The notes beneath the pieces were generated by a model. It made no database searches. It was given only the letters and a program-made list of their open reading frames with translations, and was not told where the DNA came from. This document shows positions 1 to 11,201 of a stretch of 64,000 nucleotides of DNA, one piece after another. Each line of letters begins with the position of its first letter. Within the stretch, counting starts at the first letter, position 1. The translations under genes and the position numbers were made by a program. This DNA is from a candidate division WOR-3 bacterium. Lineage in GTDB: Bacteria > Hydrothermota > Tepidihabitantia > SM23-42. The stretch is from positions 10,637 to 74,636 of the forward strand of contig JAOUFJ010000002.1 in the NCBI GenBank assembly GCA_029858255.1, in the 5' to 3' direction.

Positions 1-3000
1 TTCCAAAGGAAATCAATACCCTGGTCCATGCCGGCAAGGAACGTGGGTGATAACGATATCTCGATTCCACCCAGGTGTTCGTCGATCTGTGACGGAACGA
101 CTATTGCCTCAAGCGATGAATCGATGGTCGAACCAGAGGTTGCCACGGCTTCAAACAGCGGTGGCATGATGACCGGTATTTTGAGTTTTAACGCATCCTT
201 TTTATCACCCATACGGGATTTGAATTCGAATGTCGCTTCGCCAGCATTGCGTGCGTTGAACCTGAAGAGTATTTCTGCACTGCTATTCGGCATTAGGGTC
301 ATTTCCTGCTGTTTCGGCTCAAGTTGCTCAAGCCCTGATACGAGGCACTCAACAATGGCTTTCTCTTTCTTGTCAGTACGGTTGTGCAAGACGACCCCAG
401 CCCTGAACTCGTCACCGACGCGCAAGAATCTTGGAATCGATGGAGTGATCATGAAAGGCAGGCTGACGACGAGCGTCGATTCAGCAGAGCCGAATTGAGA
501 GTTTGCAGTCTGTACCACGGCCATTATTCTGAATTTCGTCAGATTGTCTGGTAGTTCGAAACGCACTCTGGCTTTACCATCGTTGCCCGTTCTCAGATTT
601 CCTTTGTAGAATGCCGTTGCAATGAATTTTTCACGGTAAGCAACACCTTCGGCAAAGGCGCCTCCTCCACCTCTTTCCTCGCCCTTCTCGCCGTAGTTAC
701 GCTCACCGAGTATATTCACTCGTGATTCGATCGTCCTCACCGACAGCGACCTGGTGCCGTAGAAGTGATCGAACGGGTTTGGTGTCCTGAAATCTATGAG
801 GTTGAGAACACCAAGGTCAACAACGAAAAGGGCAACGTCGCTGCCTGCTACGGTTTTGCCATTGTTATCTTTTACTACAAGATCCAAAGCAACAGTATCG
901 CGTGGCCGGTAGTCCTTTCGATCAGGACTGACGCTCACCTGTAATCTCTTCTCAACGGCGTTGACCATCAGATTCAGGTACCCGATCTTGAATTGAGGTT
1001 TACCAAGGTCCTGTTCCTTCTCTTCATCCCAGGATAGATCCTTGACGCGACCCCGAAGCAGAGACACGCAAACATATATATTGGGTAGATAATGTGATCT
1101 TATCGGCAGTTCAATATAATCGGCGTTACCTCGCAGTACCTGAGTGAATCTATCGATGACGAGTTCCCTCTCGACGGTTACGAGGCATCGTGCGGAATCA
1201 TAGGGTGATTTGACAAGGATGCGTGCAGTATCTCCGATCTCGTATTGCTCTTTATCGGCAACCATTTCTATGATATCATCATCCCGCATTTCCCAACCCG
1301 CATGTCCACGACCTGCCACGTAGTAATACCTGCGTGTGCTCGAAATCCTGCCCCGGTCATCCTTGCCATAGGCACGGGTGTAGTAAAAGCCCGGTGCATC
1401 GGGTATTACCGCGACGAACGTCTTTTCACTGCTCTTGATCTTGTGACTGGAAATCTTCGTGTCGACTTGCTCGGAAACCCACTCATATCGACCGCCTAGA
1501 CGCGCTTTCTTTATCGACTTCCACTCGCGCCTGAAAACCTCCACGATAATGTTGCGACCGTCGACCTTTTCACCTGACGGTTTCACCGTTATGACATCAA
1601 GCTTAACGGTATCATCCAGAACGTACACGTATTTGTCGGTCTTCAATCCGATAAGATATTCAGCATTCAGCGCAAGCCAGTTCTGCTCCTTGCTTACCGT
1701 GGTCATATTTGGGGCCGTCACCGTTCCTTCCAGATAGATCAGTGATGGTGAGTAAATATCCTTTTGCGACAGCCGGGCCGATGCAGCATATTCACCTTTC
1801 TGATTGAGCTTGCCGGTTCCGGAACCCAGCAGTTCGCGCTCACGGTCTGCGTCGTACTCACCGAATACGTACCCCTTATGCGCGGGAAAACTCAGCCGAT
1901 AGTGACTTCGTCTGATGCTCCAGGTGACTGCAGCATCTTTCATCGGCATGCCAAAGAGATAGTTGCCTTGTATTATGCCATTGAAGGATTCACCGGCGAT
2001 AAAAGTATCCTTCTGTGCTGTTACATTGACCTCGAATTCTGCAGGCCGGTAGGCTTCAACCCTGAACGATCGGAAGAAAGAGACCGGTTTGCCCGGAAAG
2101 GTCACACTCACTGAATAGACACCGGTAGGCGCATCATCTTCCAGAGAGATATTCTCAACAAACGAACCGTATCTGTCTATTTGAAGAGTATCGACGATCA
2201 TCTCTTCGTCACGTGCGTCGCGTACTTTGAAGACGACCCGGTTCACGTCAGGAATGACCCACTGACCTTTTGTTTTCTTTCGTATAATGCCTTTGAGGTG
2301 GACGGATTCACCTGCACGGTATAAACCCTTTTCGGTGAAGATGTAAGCCTCGTATTCTTCGGGTTGCGCGTACCAATTATATGAGATGTTAAATCGCCAT
2401 GGGTCAATACCGAAACTCCACTGGTTTGAATATACTGCAGCGTCATTTGCTAACGACAGGGTCAGCCAGAATTTCGGTTCATCGTATACTGACCATTCAT
2501 AGGACTCATATTCGCTTTCGCTCTCATATGATACAGGTGGTGAACCAAGACCCAGTTCATACCAACCAGGCGATTCGCAGAATCCGTTCGAGTCTGTAAA
2601 TCCTTCCCAGAGTATACGGTTGTCATTATTGCGGATCTGCACCCTGACACGATGCAGGGGTCTCGTATCATAAAGCGAAGTTGCCCAAATGAGATTATTC
2701 TCGGGCGAATATTTCCAGGTAACACCGATATCGCTGACCTCAACAAATGCTCTTGAATAACGATAGCTTGTACTGTAACGGCTCTGCCCCAGATTATCAA
2801 GCTGCATGAATACCAAACCGTTCCTTGCATCACCCAGGATATCGGTCAGTTCAACCGGTACGAGCATCTGCTGATTATGGAAGTTCTTCCGCGAGTTAAT
2901 ATACCAGTTACGGGATATCCGGAAGAAATCACTGGTTCGTGGAATGAATTTCTTGTTTGACCAGAAAAGTTCTGGTGTATTTAGGAATGGCACTGCTTGG

Positions 3001-4258
3001 TCGATACCCAATTTCGCTAATTGAACATACACACTATCGACATTGACAACTGTAATAGGAAATCTCAGGTCGCTTTCTGCCTCGACAAGGTTTATTCCAG
3101 TCGGCATCTCGACATGCGGTGTGAAGTCACCTCTCGTGAATTTGAAGCGGTACTCGTCGTCAAGCCGATTCCCATAAATATCCTGCAGATCTTTACTGAT
3201 ACGTATATCGTGGTCTTTGCCTTGGACGAACGGCAAATAGAGGTATATCTCGTTAGTTGACCATTCGTCGTCGCTGTATTCTGGAGGGATCTCGACCGCA
3301 GGTTCTACCGAGATATTCTTCACCAGGTCTTTCATGACCACCCGATTAGAAAAACAAAGCTGCAGGGCTCCCTCCCCAGGTGTAGTACGATTGAATCCGA
3401 TCAGCGCGAACTCGTTATACGTATTGAATCTAATAATATTTTCATCTTCAGCGCCGAGGTTTCCATGTTTAGCGAGCAGTCCAGGATGCAGAACAACTTC
3501 GATCTGAGATTCCACAGGCAACTTCTCTTTGGGGACGAGTACGAGTGTTGCGGAATTCTCCCATTGCTTGAGAGGATATTCTTCCTTTTCATCATCGCTC
3601 AGATTACGTACTTTATAGGACAATTCACCACGGAAGTGCGGCGTTCCGGATTTCACCTGGCCGCACCAGACCCGTGATGGCATGCCCCTGGTATAGTATA
3701 TCTTCATCTTGTCACGAACCCTGTCAGGTGACATGTCAGTATTGAAATTCAGGTAGATGTTCGCGTTCAATTCAATGAACTGCGCGTTGTGATAAGGAAC
3801 AGATGACAACAGCCTTGGCCGTATGCTCTCGAACGACCATGAGGTATCCCGTAGAAGGGCCATGCCGGTAAGTGATTTGATCTTCTCTCTGTTGAGTCTC
3901 ACAGTGAACTTCGTGGCCGATATAAGTGTATCATCGGGGATGAACGCCAACGTGCGGGTGCCCATCCACCGGTACTTACCGCGCAGCTGTGGCTCGATCT
4001 TCAAAGGACCTGACTTTTCATCTTTATCGATTTGCTGCAGCGGTATCATTGGTTGGTTGAATCCGACAAGAATTTTGAATGTCTCGAGCGACCCTTCTGT
4101 TTTTCCTAATGGTGAAATATGCGTGACCTGGAGGGGAATAGTGTCTCCTGTTAGAAGCATACGTTGAGTCACTATATCGATTTCTTCTTCTCGACGTCCG
4201 CAGATGACAGTTGAAAGAATAATACATACGACAAATAATGCAAAGATCGGTTTCTTCA
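1..4258 (-). CDS. alpha-2-macroglobulin family protein. The N-terminal ~1419 aa lie in the window; the C-terminus, including the expected thioester domain, lies beyond the left edge.
   Basis: Reverse-strand reading from ATG 4258 (GGAGG RBS 8 nt upstream) gives MKKPIFALFVVCIILSTVICG, a signal peptide, with no stops down to position 1. It is absent from the ORF track because it has no in-window stop. An MG-domain signature FTEKGLYRAGESVHLKGIIR lies at ~2280-2340. The A2M 'bait/MG7' block GGGGAFAEGVAYREKFIATAFY...RFELPDNLTKFRIMAVV lies at ~480-700. All plus-strand ORFs in 28-4167 are short and antisense. Confidence 0.65.
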
Positions 4259-4374
4259 TATGACCTCCCGGGCAAGACCATTCTTGCCAGTTATCTTGGA
4301 TAAAATCATGTGTTGGCTCTTTTTATCGAATTTTCTATGTCATCCATGACGCAATGGTGTCAAATTACAGATAG

Positions 4375-4402
4375 ATTATAGATTAAAAGGATATCAAGTC
4401 AA
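4375..4402 (-). promoter_or_regulatory. sigma-70-like promoter for the alpha-2-macroglobulin gene: -35 TTGACT, 16-nt spacer, -10 TATAAT
   Basis: On the minus strand, TTGACT (plus 4397-4402) and TATAAT (plus 4375-4380) are separated by 16 nt, ~115 nt upstream of the ATG at 4258. Confidence 0.35.
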
Positions 4403-4543
4403 TTGTCTCCTTGATTAAACGGACAGTGTAAATAATCTTGCGAAATTCACTCAATGAATAACATCACCGTCCATACTTCTTGTTGCCGGGAATGGAATAT
4501 CATCGTGCCGTGTTATCGATGGTATTGGTGATCGTTTGGGTAT

Positions 4544-7500
4544 CTACCTCACAAGTATGATCCCTTTAGTGAATGTCGTGTTGCCAACGTTCAATTGGCA
4601 GAAAAACACGCCATTCGGTACTTTTCTATTCAGATTATCTGTGCCATTCCACTGAATCTTTCCGGAAATGAGACCGGAATATGAGGATTCCGTGAATTCG
4701 CTGACAAGACGCCCTGCGATATCAAAAATCTTCAGGTGCACCTCTTCGCCGAGCGCTTTCCGTTTGTCTATCTGGAATTCGATATTCACAATATCGCAGA
4801 AAGGATTCGGGTATACCTTGAAGAACGAAACGAATTCGGTGCTCTTATCTTCGGTAATACCCGTTCCCGTATTGTATAATACGGTCACGGTGTTTGAGGA
4901 GTAATCGCTGCATGCTATTTCCAAATCACCGTCGACATCATAGTCACCGGGTTGAATACCCCAGGGGTTGTTCCCGACCTGATAAGCCGAAAGATCCGTG
5001 AATGTCCCACTGCCATTATTGAGCAACACTGCTACTGTATCGACGCCGTTAACACTTGTTGCCAAATCTATGTCGCCGTCGCCGTCAAAATCGCCACCGT
5101 TGATATATCGTGTTTGACTGCCGGTTTGATAGGCAACCGGGCCGGAAAACGTTCCATCACCGTCATTGAGTATCACAGTGATGTTACTACCGCCGTAGTT
5201 AGCAGTCGCGATATCAACAAAACCGTCAGCATTGAAATCATTGGCGAACACGGACGTTGGGCTCTCGCCCACCGAAAAGTTTGCGAGATCGGAAAAATTA
5301 CCATTGCCGTCATTATGCAGTACGGAGACGTTATCATTACCTGAATTGGTAATCGCGAGGTCGAGATCTCCATCGTTGTCGACGTCGCTCACGACTACCC
5401 CTCGTGCCCACGTTCCTGCAGAATAGGTATATGGTCCTGAGAGACTTCCACTTCCGCTGTTAAGCATGACCCGCACGTTATCGCTCGAACCCCAGCCATC
5501 GGTCATAACTACATCGACATCGCCATCCGCATCAAAATCACCACCGGCAACATGTTGGCCGAGAATGGCGGGAGCGTACGTGGCGAAGACAGTGAAGATG
5601 CCGCTGCCATCGTTCTTAAGAACCAGCAGATGCGATGTTCCCGGCTCATTATGGGCTGAAACCAAATCGATGTCACCATCCCCGTCCAGATCGGCACCGA
5701 ATAGAGCCATAGGATCATTCTGAACCGCGGTGTATGAAGGTGCTGAGAACATCCCACTACCATCATTGAGTAATATCGCAATGCTGTTCGGATTTGAGGT
5801 CGTTGCAATATCAACGTCACCGTCCGCGTCAAAATCGCCTGCAAACATGCCGCGGGGTTGGCTGCCAACCGGAAAATTCAGCGGGGAGCCAAAAGAACCA
5901 TCCGAAGGCGTAGTGACTTCTGTGGTAAAATTCCACACAAAACCCTTCAGGTAAACACCTATGAGGGCTTGAATTTCCCGGGTCAAACACGCATTGATCA
6001 CCTCACCATCAATGAAATCAATACTTGGGTCGAAAGTGGCGGTCGATGTGACACTCGAATAATTGATCGTACCTTGATGAGGACCTGACTGTGCGCCGTA
6101 CACAATATAAGTTGTATCATTAATAGTTGCGGCGCCGACCTCGATATTAAACGTAGCCGCAACGTCAGTAGACTTCGATACATCGAGTTTATTTTGTTCT
6201 GGTTCGGTGGTCGTAATGAGAAGGGCACTCTCGTTGAGTAATATCGACACGGTGTTGACCGCAAAATTGGGTGTCGCCAGGTCCATATCCCGATCCCCGT
6301 CAAAATCAGAAGCGGCAAGCGCGTACGGGGCGCCATTGGCAGGGTAATAATTGGCTGGTGTAAATGTACCGTCTCCATTACCCAGCAGCACAGCAACGTC
6401 ATTCGATGCACCATTTGCCGTACACAAATCACTGTGTCCATCACCGTCTACATCGAAGGCGATTATTGCACCAGGGTCAAGTCCCACAGCATAGTAACTG
6501 ATCGGGCCAAACGTTCCATCTCCATTTCCCAATCGTATCGAGATATTGTCGGAACCGGCATTAGCCATTGCGAGATCCAGATGGCCATCTTCACTGAGGT
6601 CGGCGGCGCATAACGAGAGCGGCGTAGAACCTGCAGCATAATTGCTTGCAGTGCCAAAATTGCCATCACCTTCGCCAAGCAATATCGATATATTATTGGT
6701 ACCAGCATTCGCTGCGGATAAATCCAGTAAACCATCATTATTAAAATCGACGCTGATGAGTGATTTCGGGGTTGTGCCCACTGGGAAATTGACAGGACTG
6801 GCGAAACTGCCGTCCCCGATACCCATCAAAACTGAGACGTTATTAGAAACGGCATTTGCCGTTGCAATGTCAACGTGACCATCGGCATTGAAATCACCGT
6901 AACAAAGTGAATATGGTTGGCTGCCGGTTGAATAATATGTAGCCGTCTGAAAAGTGCCATTACCGTTACCCAGGAGCACCGATACATTATTGCTATTTGC
7001 ATTTGCACTGACCAGGTCAACATTACCGTCTCCGTCTGCATCAAAAGCCTCCACTGCTGTAGGGTTTAAGCCGACACCGTAGGCGTTTTGTGCGCCAAAC
7101 GTACCGTCACCGTTACCGAGTAGTACTGACAAATTGCTGCCATCGTAGTTAGCTGTTGCCAAATCAGAGTTGCCGTCTGCATCAAAGTCACATGATACGA
7201 TTGAATGAGGGGCAGTGCCGGCGGGGTAATTCGCGCTCAAGGAAAACATACCAGAACCGCTATCGACCAGACACGTGAACTGCCAGACAAATCCTTGCAG
7301 TGAATCGCCTGTCGTCGATTGAATGCCGTCGCCGAGTAATACCGTAACGATTTCCCCGCATTTAAAATTCTGCTCAGGATGGACGTTAATCATCCGCGCA
7401 GTGCTATCGTACGAAAGACTTGCTGAGTGCAATCCGGTCAGGTGACCGTTCAGTACAACAGTACTTTCGCTGAACGTAGCATAGTCCATATCGATATTGA

Positions 7501-8455
7501 ACATTGCGGAGACATCGACCGTATCGACAACATTCAATTCGTTCTGCATGGGTATCGTCAGGATAACTAATGGAAAATCTGTCGTCGCCTCGGGACCACC
7601 GTAAGCACCCATGTCATTCCTCGTACCATCAGGGTCATCGTATTGAAGTAGAGGATTGCCCGAGTCGATGCAAGGAGATGCTGGTTGAAGATGATAATCG
7701 CCCAAAGGCTCGTCAACATAAAGGGGGTTTGCAGAGATGCATCCTTGCCCTGGGGAGCAATAGTGGTAATTCTGCCCGTTATTCCATACATCGTTGTACG
7801 TGATATCCGTCGGGACGCTGGTATTCACAACGCCGATTCCGTACGTAGTATTCCCCGTCACGATGTTGTTCATGACAATTGGTTGATACCCGCCGCTGTC
7901 ATATATGCCGTTATTGTTATTTGCTATTGTGTTATTGACGACTGAGGCATCAGTACTCAGACTGACACCCGTGTAAGTATTGTCGACCACGATATTGTTG
8001 TGTATGTATGCGTTAGCCCCGTTCCAGGTGACGATACCGAAATCATTTCCTTCGACTCGATTACTGCTGAGGTCGGGTGAAGCACCACTATTGCAGAAGA
8101 TTCCGGCTCCACCGGGCATTGAACCGCCAGAATGTGCACCGGTTACGGTGAACCCAAGGAATTTGGTAGTATTCGTGATGTTATTACCTGATGCAAAAAC
8201 CACATCGCCAGCGTTTCCTCCACCATCAATGATTGATCTGCCTTCTCCTGCGCCCATAATAGTAACACCGGCTTTCAGTGTGATCTCTTCATAATATGTA
8301 CCCGGTGCTACTAGAACAATATCGTTGGCAACTGCCGCGTCTATCCCTGCCTGTATGGTGGGATAGTCACCAGGCACTTTGATTATTCCTCCCCGGATTT
8401 GTCCAGGAAGAAGCATAATCACAATGAACGGAATAAAAATTCTACACATCTCCAC
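4544..8455 (-). CDS. giant secreted surface protein: N-terminal right-handed beta-helix (pectate-lyase/NosD-like) domain, Ig-like domains, about 20 FG-GAP/VCBS repeats, and a C-terminal type IX secretion sorting domain (T9SS CTD)
   Basis: 1303-aa ORF with a GTG start. The N-terminus is a signal peptide. NNIVVDNTYTGVSL/NNTIANNNNGIYD-type parallel beta-helix repeats are present. Many DFDADGxxDLAxANxxSNNVSVLLGNGDGTF units are FG-GAP repeats. The C-terminus KVYPNPFCDIVNIEF...GRLVSEF...NGVFFCQLNVGNTTFTKGIILVR is typical of a Por-secretion CTD. Confidence 0.8.
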   Translation of the reverse strand: MEMCRIFIPFIVIMLLPGQIRGGIIKVPGDYPTIQAGIDAAVANDIVLVAPGTYYEEITLKAGVTIMGAGEGRSIIDGGGNAGDVVFASGNNITNTTKFLGFTVTGAHSGGSMPGGAGIFCNSGASPDLSSNRVEGNDFGIVTWNGANAYIHNNIVVDNTYTGVSLSTDASVVNNTIANNNNGIYDSGGYQPIVMNNIVTGNTTYGIGVVNTSVPTDITYNDVWNNGQNYHYCSPGQGCISANPLYVDEPLGDYHLQPASPCIDSGNPLLQYDDPDGTRNDMGAYGGPEATTDFPLVILTIPMQNELNVVDTVDVSAMFNIDMDYATFSESTVVLNGHLTGLHSASLSYDSTARMINVHPEQNFKCGEIVTVLLGDGIQSTTGDSLQGFVWQFTCLVDSGSGMFSLSANYPAGTAPHSIVSCDFDADGNSDLATANYDGSNLSVLLGNGDGTFGAQNAYGVGLNPTAVEAFDADGDGNVDLVSANANSNNVSVLLGNGNGTFQTATYYSTGSQPYSLCYGDFNADGHVDIATANAVSNNVSVLMGIGDGSFASPVNFPVGTTPKSLISVDFNNDGLLDLSAANAGTNNISILLGEGDGNFGTASNYAAGSTPLSLCAADLSEDGHLDLAMANAGSDNISIRLGNGDGTFGPISYYAVGLDPGAIIAFDVDGDGHSDLCTANGASNDVAVLLGNGDGTFTPANYYPANGAPYALAASDFDGDRDMDLATPNFAVNTVSILLNESALLITTTEPEQNKLDVSKSTDVAATFNIEVGAATINDTTYIVYGAQSGPHQGTINYSSVTSTATFDPSIDFIDGEVINACLTREIQALIGVYLKGFVWNFTTEVTTPSDGSFGSPLNFPVGSQPRGMFAGDFDADGDVDIATTSNPNSIAILLNDGSGMFSAPSYTAVQNDPMALFGADLDGDGDIDLVSAHNEPGTSHLLVLKNDGSGIFTVFATYAPAILGQHVAGGDFDADGDVDVVMTDGWGSSDNVRVMLNSGSGSLSGPYTYSAGTWARGVVVSDVDNDGDLDLAITNSGNDNVSVLHNDGNGNFSDLANFSVGESPTSVFANDFNADGFVDIATANYGGSNITVILNDGDGTFSGPVAYQTGSQTRYINGGDFDGDGDIDLATSVNGVDTVAVLLNNGSGTFTDLSAYQVGNNPWGIQPGDYDVDGDLEIACSDYSSNTVTVLYNTGTGITEDKSTEFVSFFKVYPNPFCDIVNIEFQIDKRKALGEEVHLKIFDIAGRLVSEFTESSYSGLISGKIQWNGTDNLNRKVPNGVFFCQLNVGNTTFTKGIILVR

Positions 8456-8633
8456 CTTCCTTTTTATTATATCGCAAATGCACTTCTCGATTTACTCAAG
8501 TTGTCATAAATATCCAATTTCTGCGCTCTTACGACAAATTGTACTCTGAATTTGCAGTAAGTCAAACCATATGATGCCCGCAACATACAGGGCAAGCATT
8601 AGAAGTCAATCGGAGCGTTGTTATATCTATTTA

Positions 8634-8690
8634 CCCTCCCTTGACGGGAGGGGTTCACCCCGCCTTAATCCTCCCCCATCAAGGGGGAGG
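8634..8690 (-). terminator. two tandem GC-rich stem-loops downstream of the DASS transporter gene, a putative terminator or insulator ahead of the FG-GAP gene promoter
   Basis: CCCTCCC-ttgac-GGGAGGG (8634-8652) and CCTCCCCC-atcaa-GGGGGAGG (8670-8690) are perfect 7- and 8-bp stems, GC-rich in an otherwise AT-rich region. No clear U-tract follows. Confidence 0.3.
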
Positions 8691-8728
8691 AAGTTCAATA
8701 CGACAGGAGGTGATCATGGGGAGGGAAC

Positions 8729-10252
8729 TCAGAATGGCAAAGGCAGAGTGTTGATCTTGAAAACCGGGATGACAAGGAAATATACGATAAGGGTGATGAT
8801 TATCGCACCGATTATATTGAGGAAAAATCCGACCCTCGCCATATCGGGTATTCTTAAATAGCCGCTGCCGAAGACGATCGCGTTTGGTGGTGTCGCGACC
8901 GGCAGCATGAAGGCGCAGGACGCGGACATCGCGGCGGGTATCATGAGCATGAACGGGTGAATACAGGCCGCGGCCGCCAGTGAACCGAGCACCGGCATCA
9001 TCATCGTTGTCGTTGCAGTGTTGGAAGTTAATTCCGTGAGAAAAGTCAACAGTAGACAGATACAAAGAATCATGATAATCGTGGGTACACCACACAGAAA
9101 GGAAAGCCTCTCTCCTATCCACTGTGCTAACCCGGAAACCTGGAATCCGGCGGCCAGAGCAAAACCACCTCCGAACAGGAGTATGATACCCCATGGTATG
9201 CGCAGCGCCCATTCCCAATTAAGAACAAATATTCCTTTCTTGAAGTTGACTGGCAATAAAAAGAGCAACAGCGCGCCGAAAATCGCAACCGTTGAGTCAT
9301 GTACGTATTCGCTAATACCCATGAGATCTGACCAGCCCGGGATCGCAAAAATACCAATATCTATATCACGGCGGAATATCCAGGCAAGTGCTACAAGTGA
9401 GAAAACAATAAGCGTCAGTTTTTCTCCTTTGTTCATTTTTCCAAGGGCAGCCAAATCAGCTCTGATGATCTCCTTACCTCCGGGGATCTTGGTTATTCCC
9501 GGTGGTGCCGCAATGTATGTCAGGTAAAACCAAGTTACTGGTAGGAATACCACTACAAGGGGCAGGCCGATCTTCAGCCAGTCAAGAAAGCCGACCTCTA
9601 TTGCCGAAGGGAACATCGACCTTACTACTCCAGCAAACACAATGTTCGGCGGTGTACCGACGAGCGTCGCGATACCTCCAATACTCGCAGAATAGGCAAT
9701 GCCAAGCATCAATGATAGACCGAATTTGAAATTACCGGGTGTCGTGTTCACGCCTTTGTTATCTTTCCCCACGGCGCTTACCACGTGGAGTATCACCGCG
9801 AGACCGATCGGGAACATCATCATCGCCGTCGCAGTATTGGATATCCACATGGAGAGAAATGCTGTGGCGCACATGAACCCGAGTACTATTCTTCGGGGTG
9901 AGGTTCCCAGGAGGCGCACAATATAAAGCGCAATACGTTTATGCAATTCCCAACGCTGCATTGACATGGCAATGAAAAATCCGCCCATGAAGAGGAAAAT
10001 ATTCTGGTCCGCATACCTCATTGCTACATCACGTGCATTCATGATCTGGAAAACCGGAAAAAGGATTAATGGTAGCAACGCAGTTGCCGGGATCGGAATG
10101 GCTTCGGTGATCCACCATGTTGCCATGAGCAGTGCAACACCGGCGGTGCACGTAGCCTGCGTACTGAGACCTGGAAATGGTTTGATTGCCAGGATCAGAA
10201 TGAACAACAAAGGTCCGAGAAATAAACCTATCTTGTGACGCATTATGCACAC
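8729..10252 (-). CDS. DASS (SLC13) family anion:sodium symporter, a di/tricarboxylate- or sulfate-type transporter
   Basis: 507-aa polytopic membrane protein. It has the family-typical SNTATAMMMFPI and SNTATTTMMMPV hairpin motifs in the N- and C-terminal repeats. Confidence 0.75.
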   Translation of the reverse strand: MCIMRHKIGLFLGPLLFILILAIKPFPGLSTQATCTAGVALLMATWWITEAIPIPATALLPLILFPVFQIMNARDVAMRYADQNIFLFMGGFFIAMSMQRWELHKRIALYIVRLLGTSPRRIVLGFMCATAFLSMWISNTATAMMMFPIGLAVILHVVSAVGKDNKGVNTTPGNFKFGLSLMLGIAYSASIGGIATLVGTPPNIVFAGVVRSMFPSAIEVGFLDWLKIGLPLVVVFLPVTWFYLTYIAAPPGITKIPGGKEIIRADLAALGKMNKGEKLTLIVFSLVALAWIFRRDIDIGIFAIPGWSDLMGISEYVHDSTVAIFGALLLFLLPVNFKKGIFVLNWEWALRIPWGIILLFGGGFALAAGFQVSGLAQWIGERLSFLCGVPTIIMILCICLLLTFLTELTSNTATTTMMMPVLGSLAAAACIHPFMLMIPAAMSASCAFMLPVATPPNAIVFGSGYLRIPDMARVGFFLNIIGAIIITLIVYFLVIPVFKINTLPLPF

Positions 10253-10271
10253 ATTCTATAGAATACTGTGG

Positions 10272-11108
10272 TTATTTCAAGGGAGAATCTGCCAGCCTTT
10301 CCTTGCGGGAAAGAAAATATATCCCGCCTAACAAAGCCAAAATGCCAATGAATTGCATCGTCGTGATCGTTTCTTTCAACACTAAAAAGCCCAATACAGT
10401 AGCAAATAAAGGTGTGGAGAGCTCAAGCGCAGAGACCTGCGCCGCTTTTATAAGCTTGATGCCTTCGTAGTATAATACAGTACCCACGCCGATGATAACA
10501 CCGAGTAAGATTTGGTAGATGTTATTTATGGTAATACCTCTCAGAAACATCAGGTAGATGACAAAGACAACGCCGGCGAAAAAAAAACGATAAAAGGCAA
10601 TGATCGCTGCATTCAATCCTTTCAGATATCTGCGGGCCACGATGGCCGTCGTCGCCCATGAAATGGTGGCCAATAATACATACAGGTCGCCGACAGTTCC
10701 GATACGAACTGCGACCAGATTGTTTAAAGTCCGGCTGGTGACGAGGAGTCCCGCCACAATCATGAATAGAATTCCGAGATAATCGAATTTCGTGATGCGG
10801 TCGTCCTTCAGAAAGACAAAGCCGATCAATACAATGAATATCGGCTGCATGTGTCCTATCAATACGGCATTGATTACCTGCACCTTACTCAAGGCGTAGA
10901 CATACATCAAATCGGCAAAGAGTGTTGCTGCTATCGATAAGTAGACAAGTTTTGGCAGATATTTCATCTCTACGCGGAATCTCGTACCGGTCACGAGCAT
11001 GTATGCGGCTATTGTGATCAAACAGAAAATAGACCTGGTCGCAAATGTACTCAGCACATCAGTGGTTTGGTACGAAAGCTTGACCATAACAGGTTCTATG
11101 GCCCACAT
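10272..11108 (-). CDS. EamA/DMT-superfamily (drug/metabolite) transporter
   Basis: 278 aa with about 10 predicted TM helices in two EamA-like halves. Confidence 0.6.
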   Translation of the reverse strand: MWAIEPVMVKLSYQTTDVLSTFATRSIFCLITIAAYMLVTGTRFRVEMKYLPKLVYLSIAATLFADLMYVYALSKVQVINAVLIGHMQPIFIVLIGFVFLKDDRITKFDYLGILFMIVAGLLVTSRTLNNLVAVRIGTVGDLYVLLATISWATTAIVARRYLKGLNAAIIAFYRFFFAGVVFVIYLMFLRGITINNIYQILLGVIIGVGTVLYYEGIKLIKAAQVSALELSTPLFATVLGFLVLKETITTMQFIGILALLGGIYFLSRKERLADSPLK

Positions 11109-11201
11109 TACGCTCGCCCCGAGGACGACGATAACACCCTTTCTTTTTGTGCTCAGTGCGATTGATGTCTCCCTGGATGCCAGACTATCTGCATTAAGGG
11201 A

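Noticed and set aside
28-4167. Plus-strand ORFs from the track (28-498, 1245-1499, 1459-1737, 1764-2114, 3021-3260, 3823-4167, etc.)
   Set aside because: All are short and low-complexity. They lie antisense to a continuous >4.2-kb minus-strand reading frame with clear alpha-2-macroglobulin motifs. The real gene is missing from the track only because it runs off the window edge.
4668-8294. Numerous 60-150-aa ORFs on both strands inside 4544-8455
   Set aside because: They are alternative or antisense frames of the repetitive FG-GAP gene, Ser/Thr/Pro-rich with no motifs.
8571-9218. ORFs 8571-8861(+) and 8679-9218(-), which overlap the DASS transporter 3' end
   Set aside because: They overlap a well-supported transporter CDS in other frames. 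They are Arg/Pro-rich and low-complexity, with no RBS.
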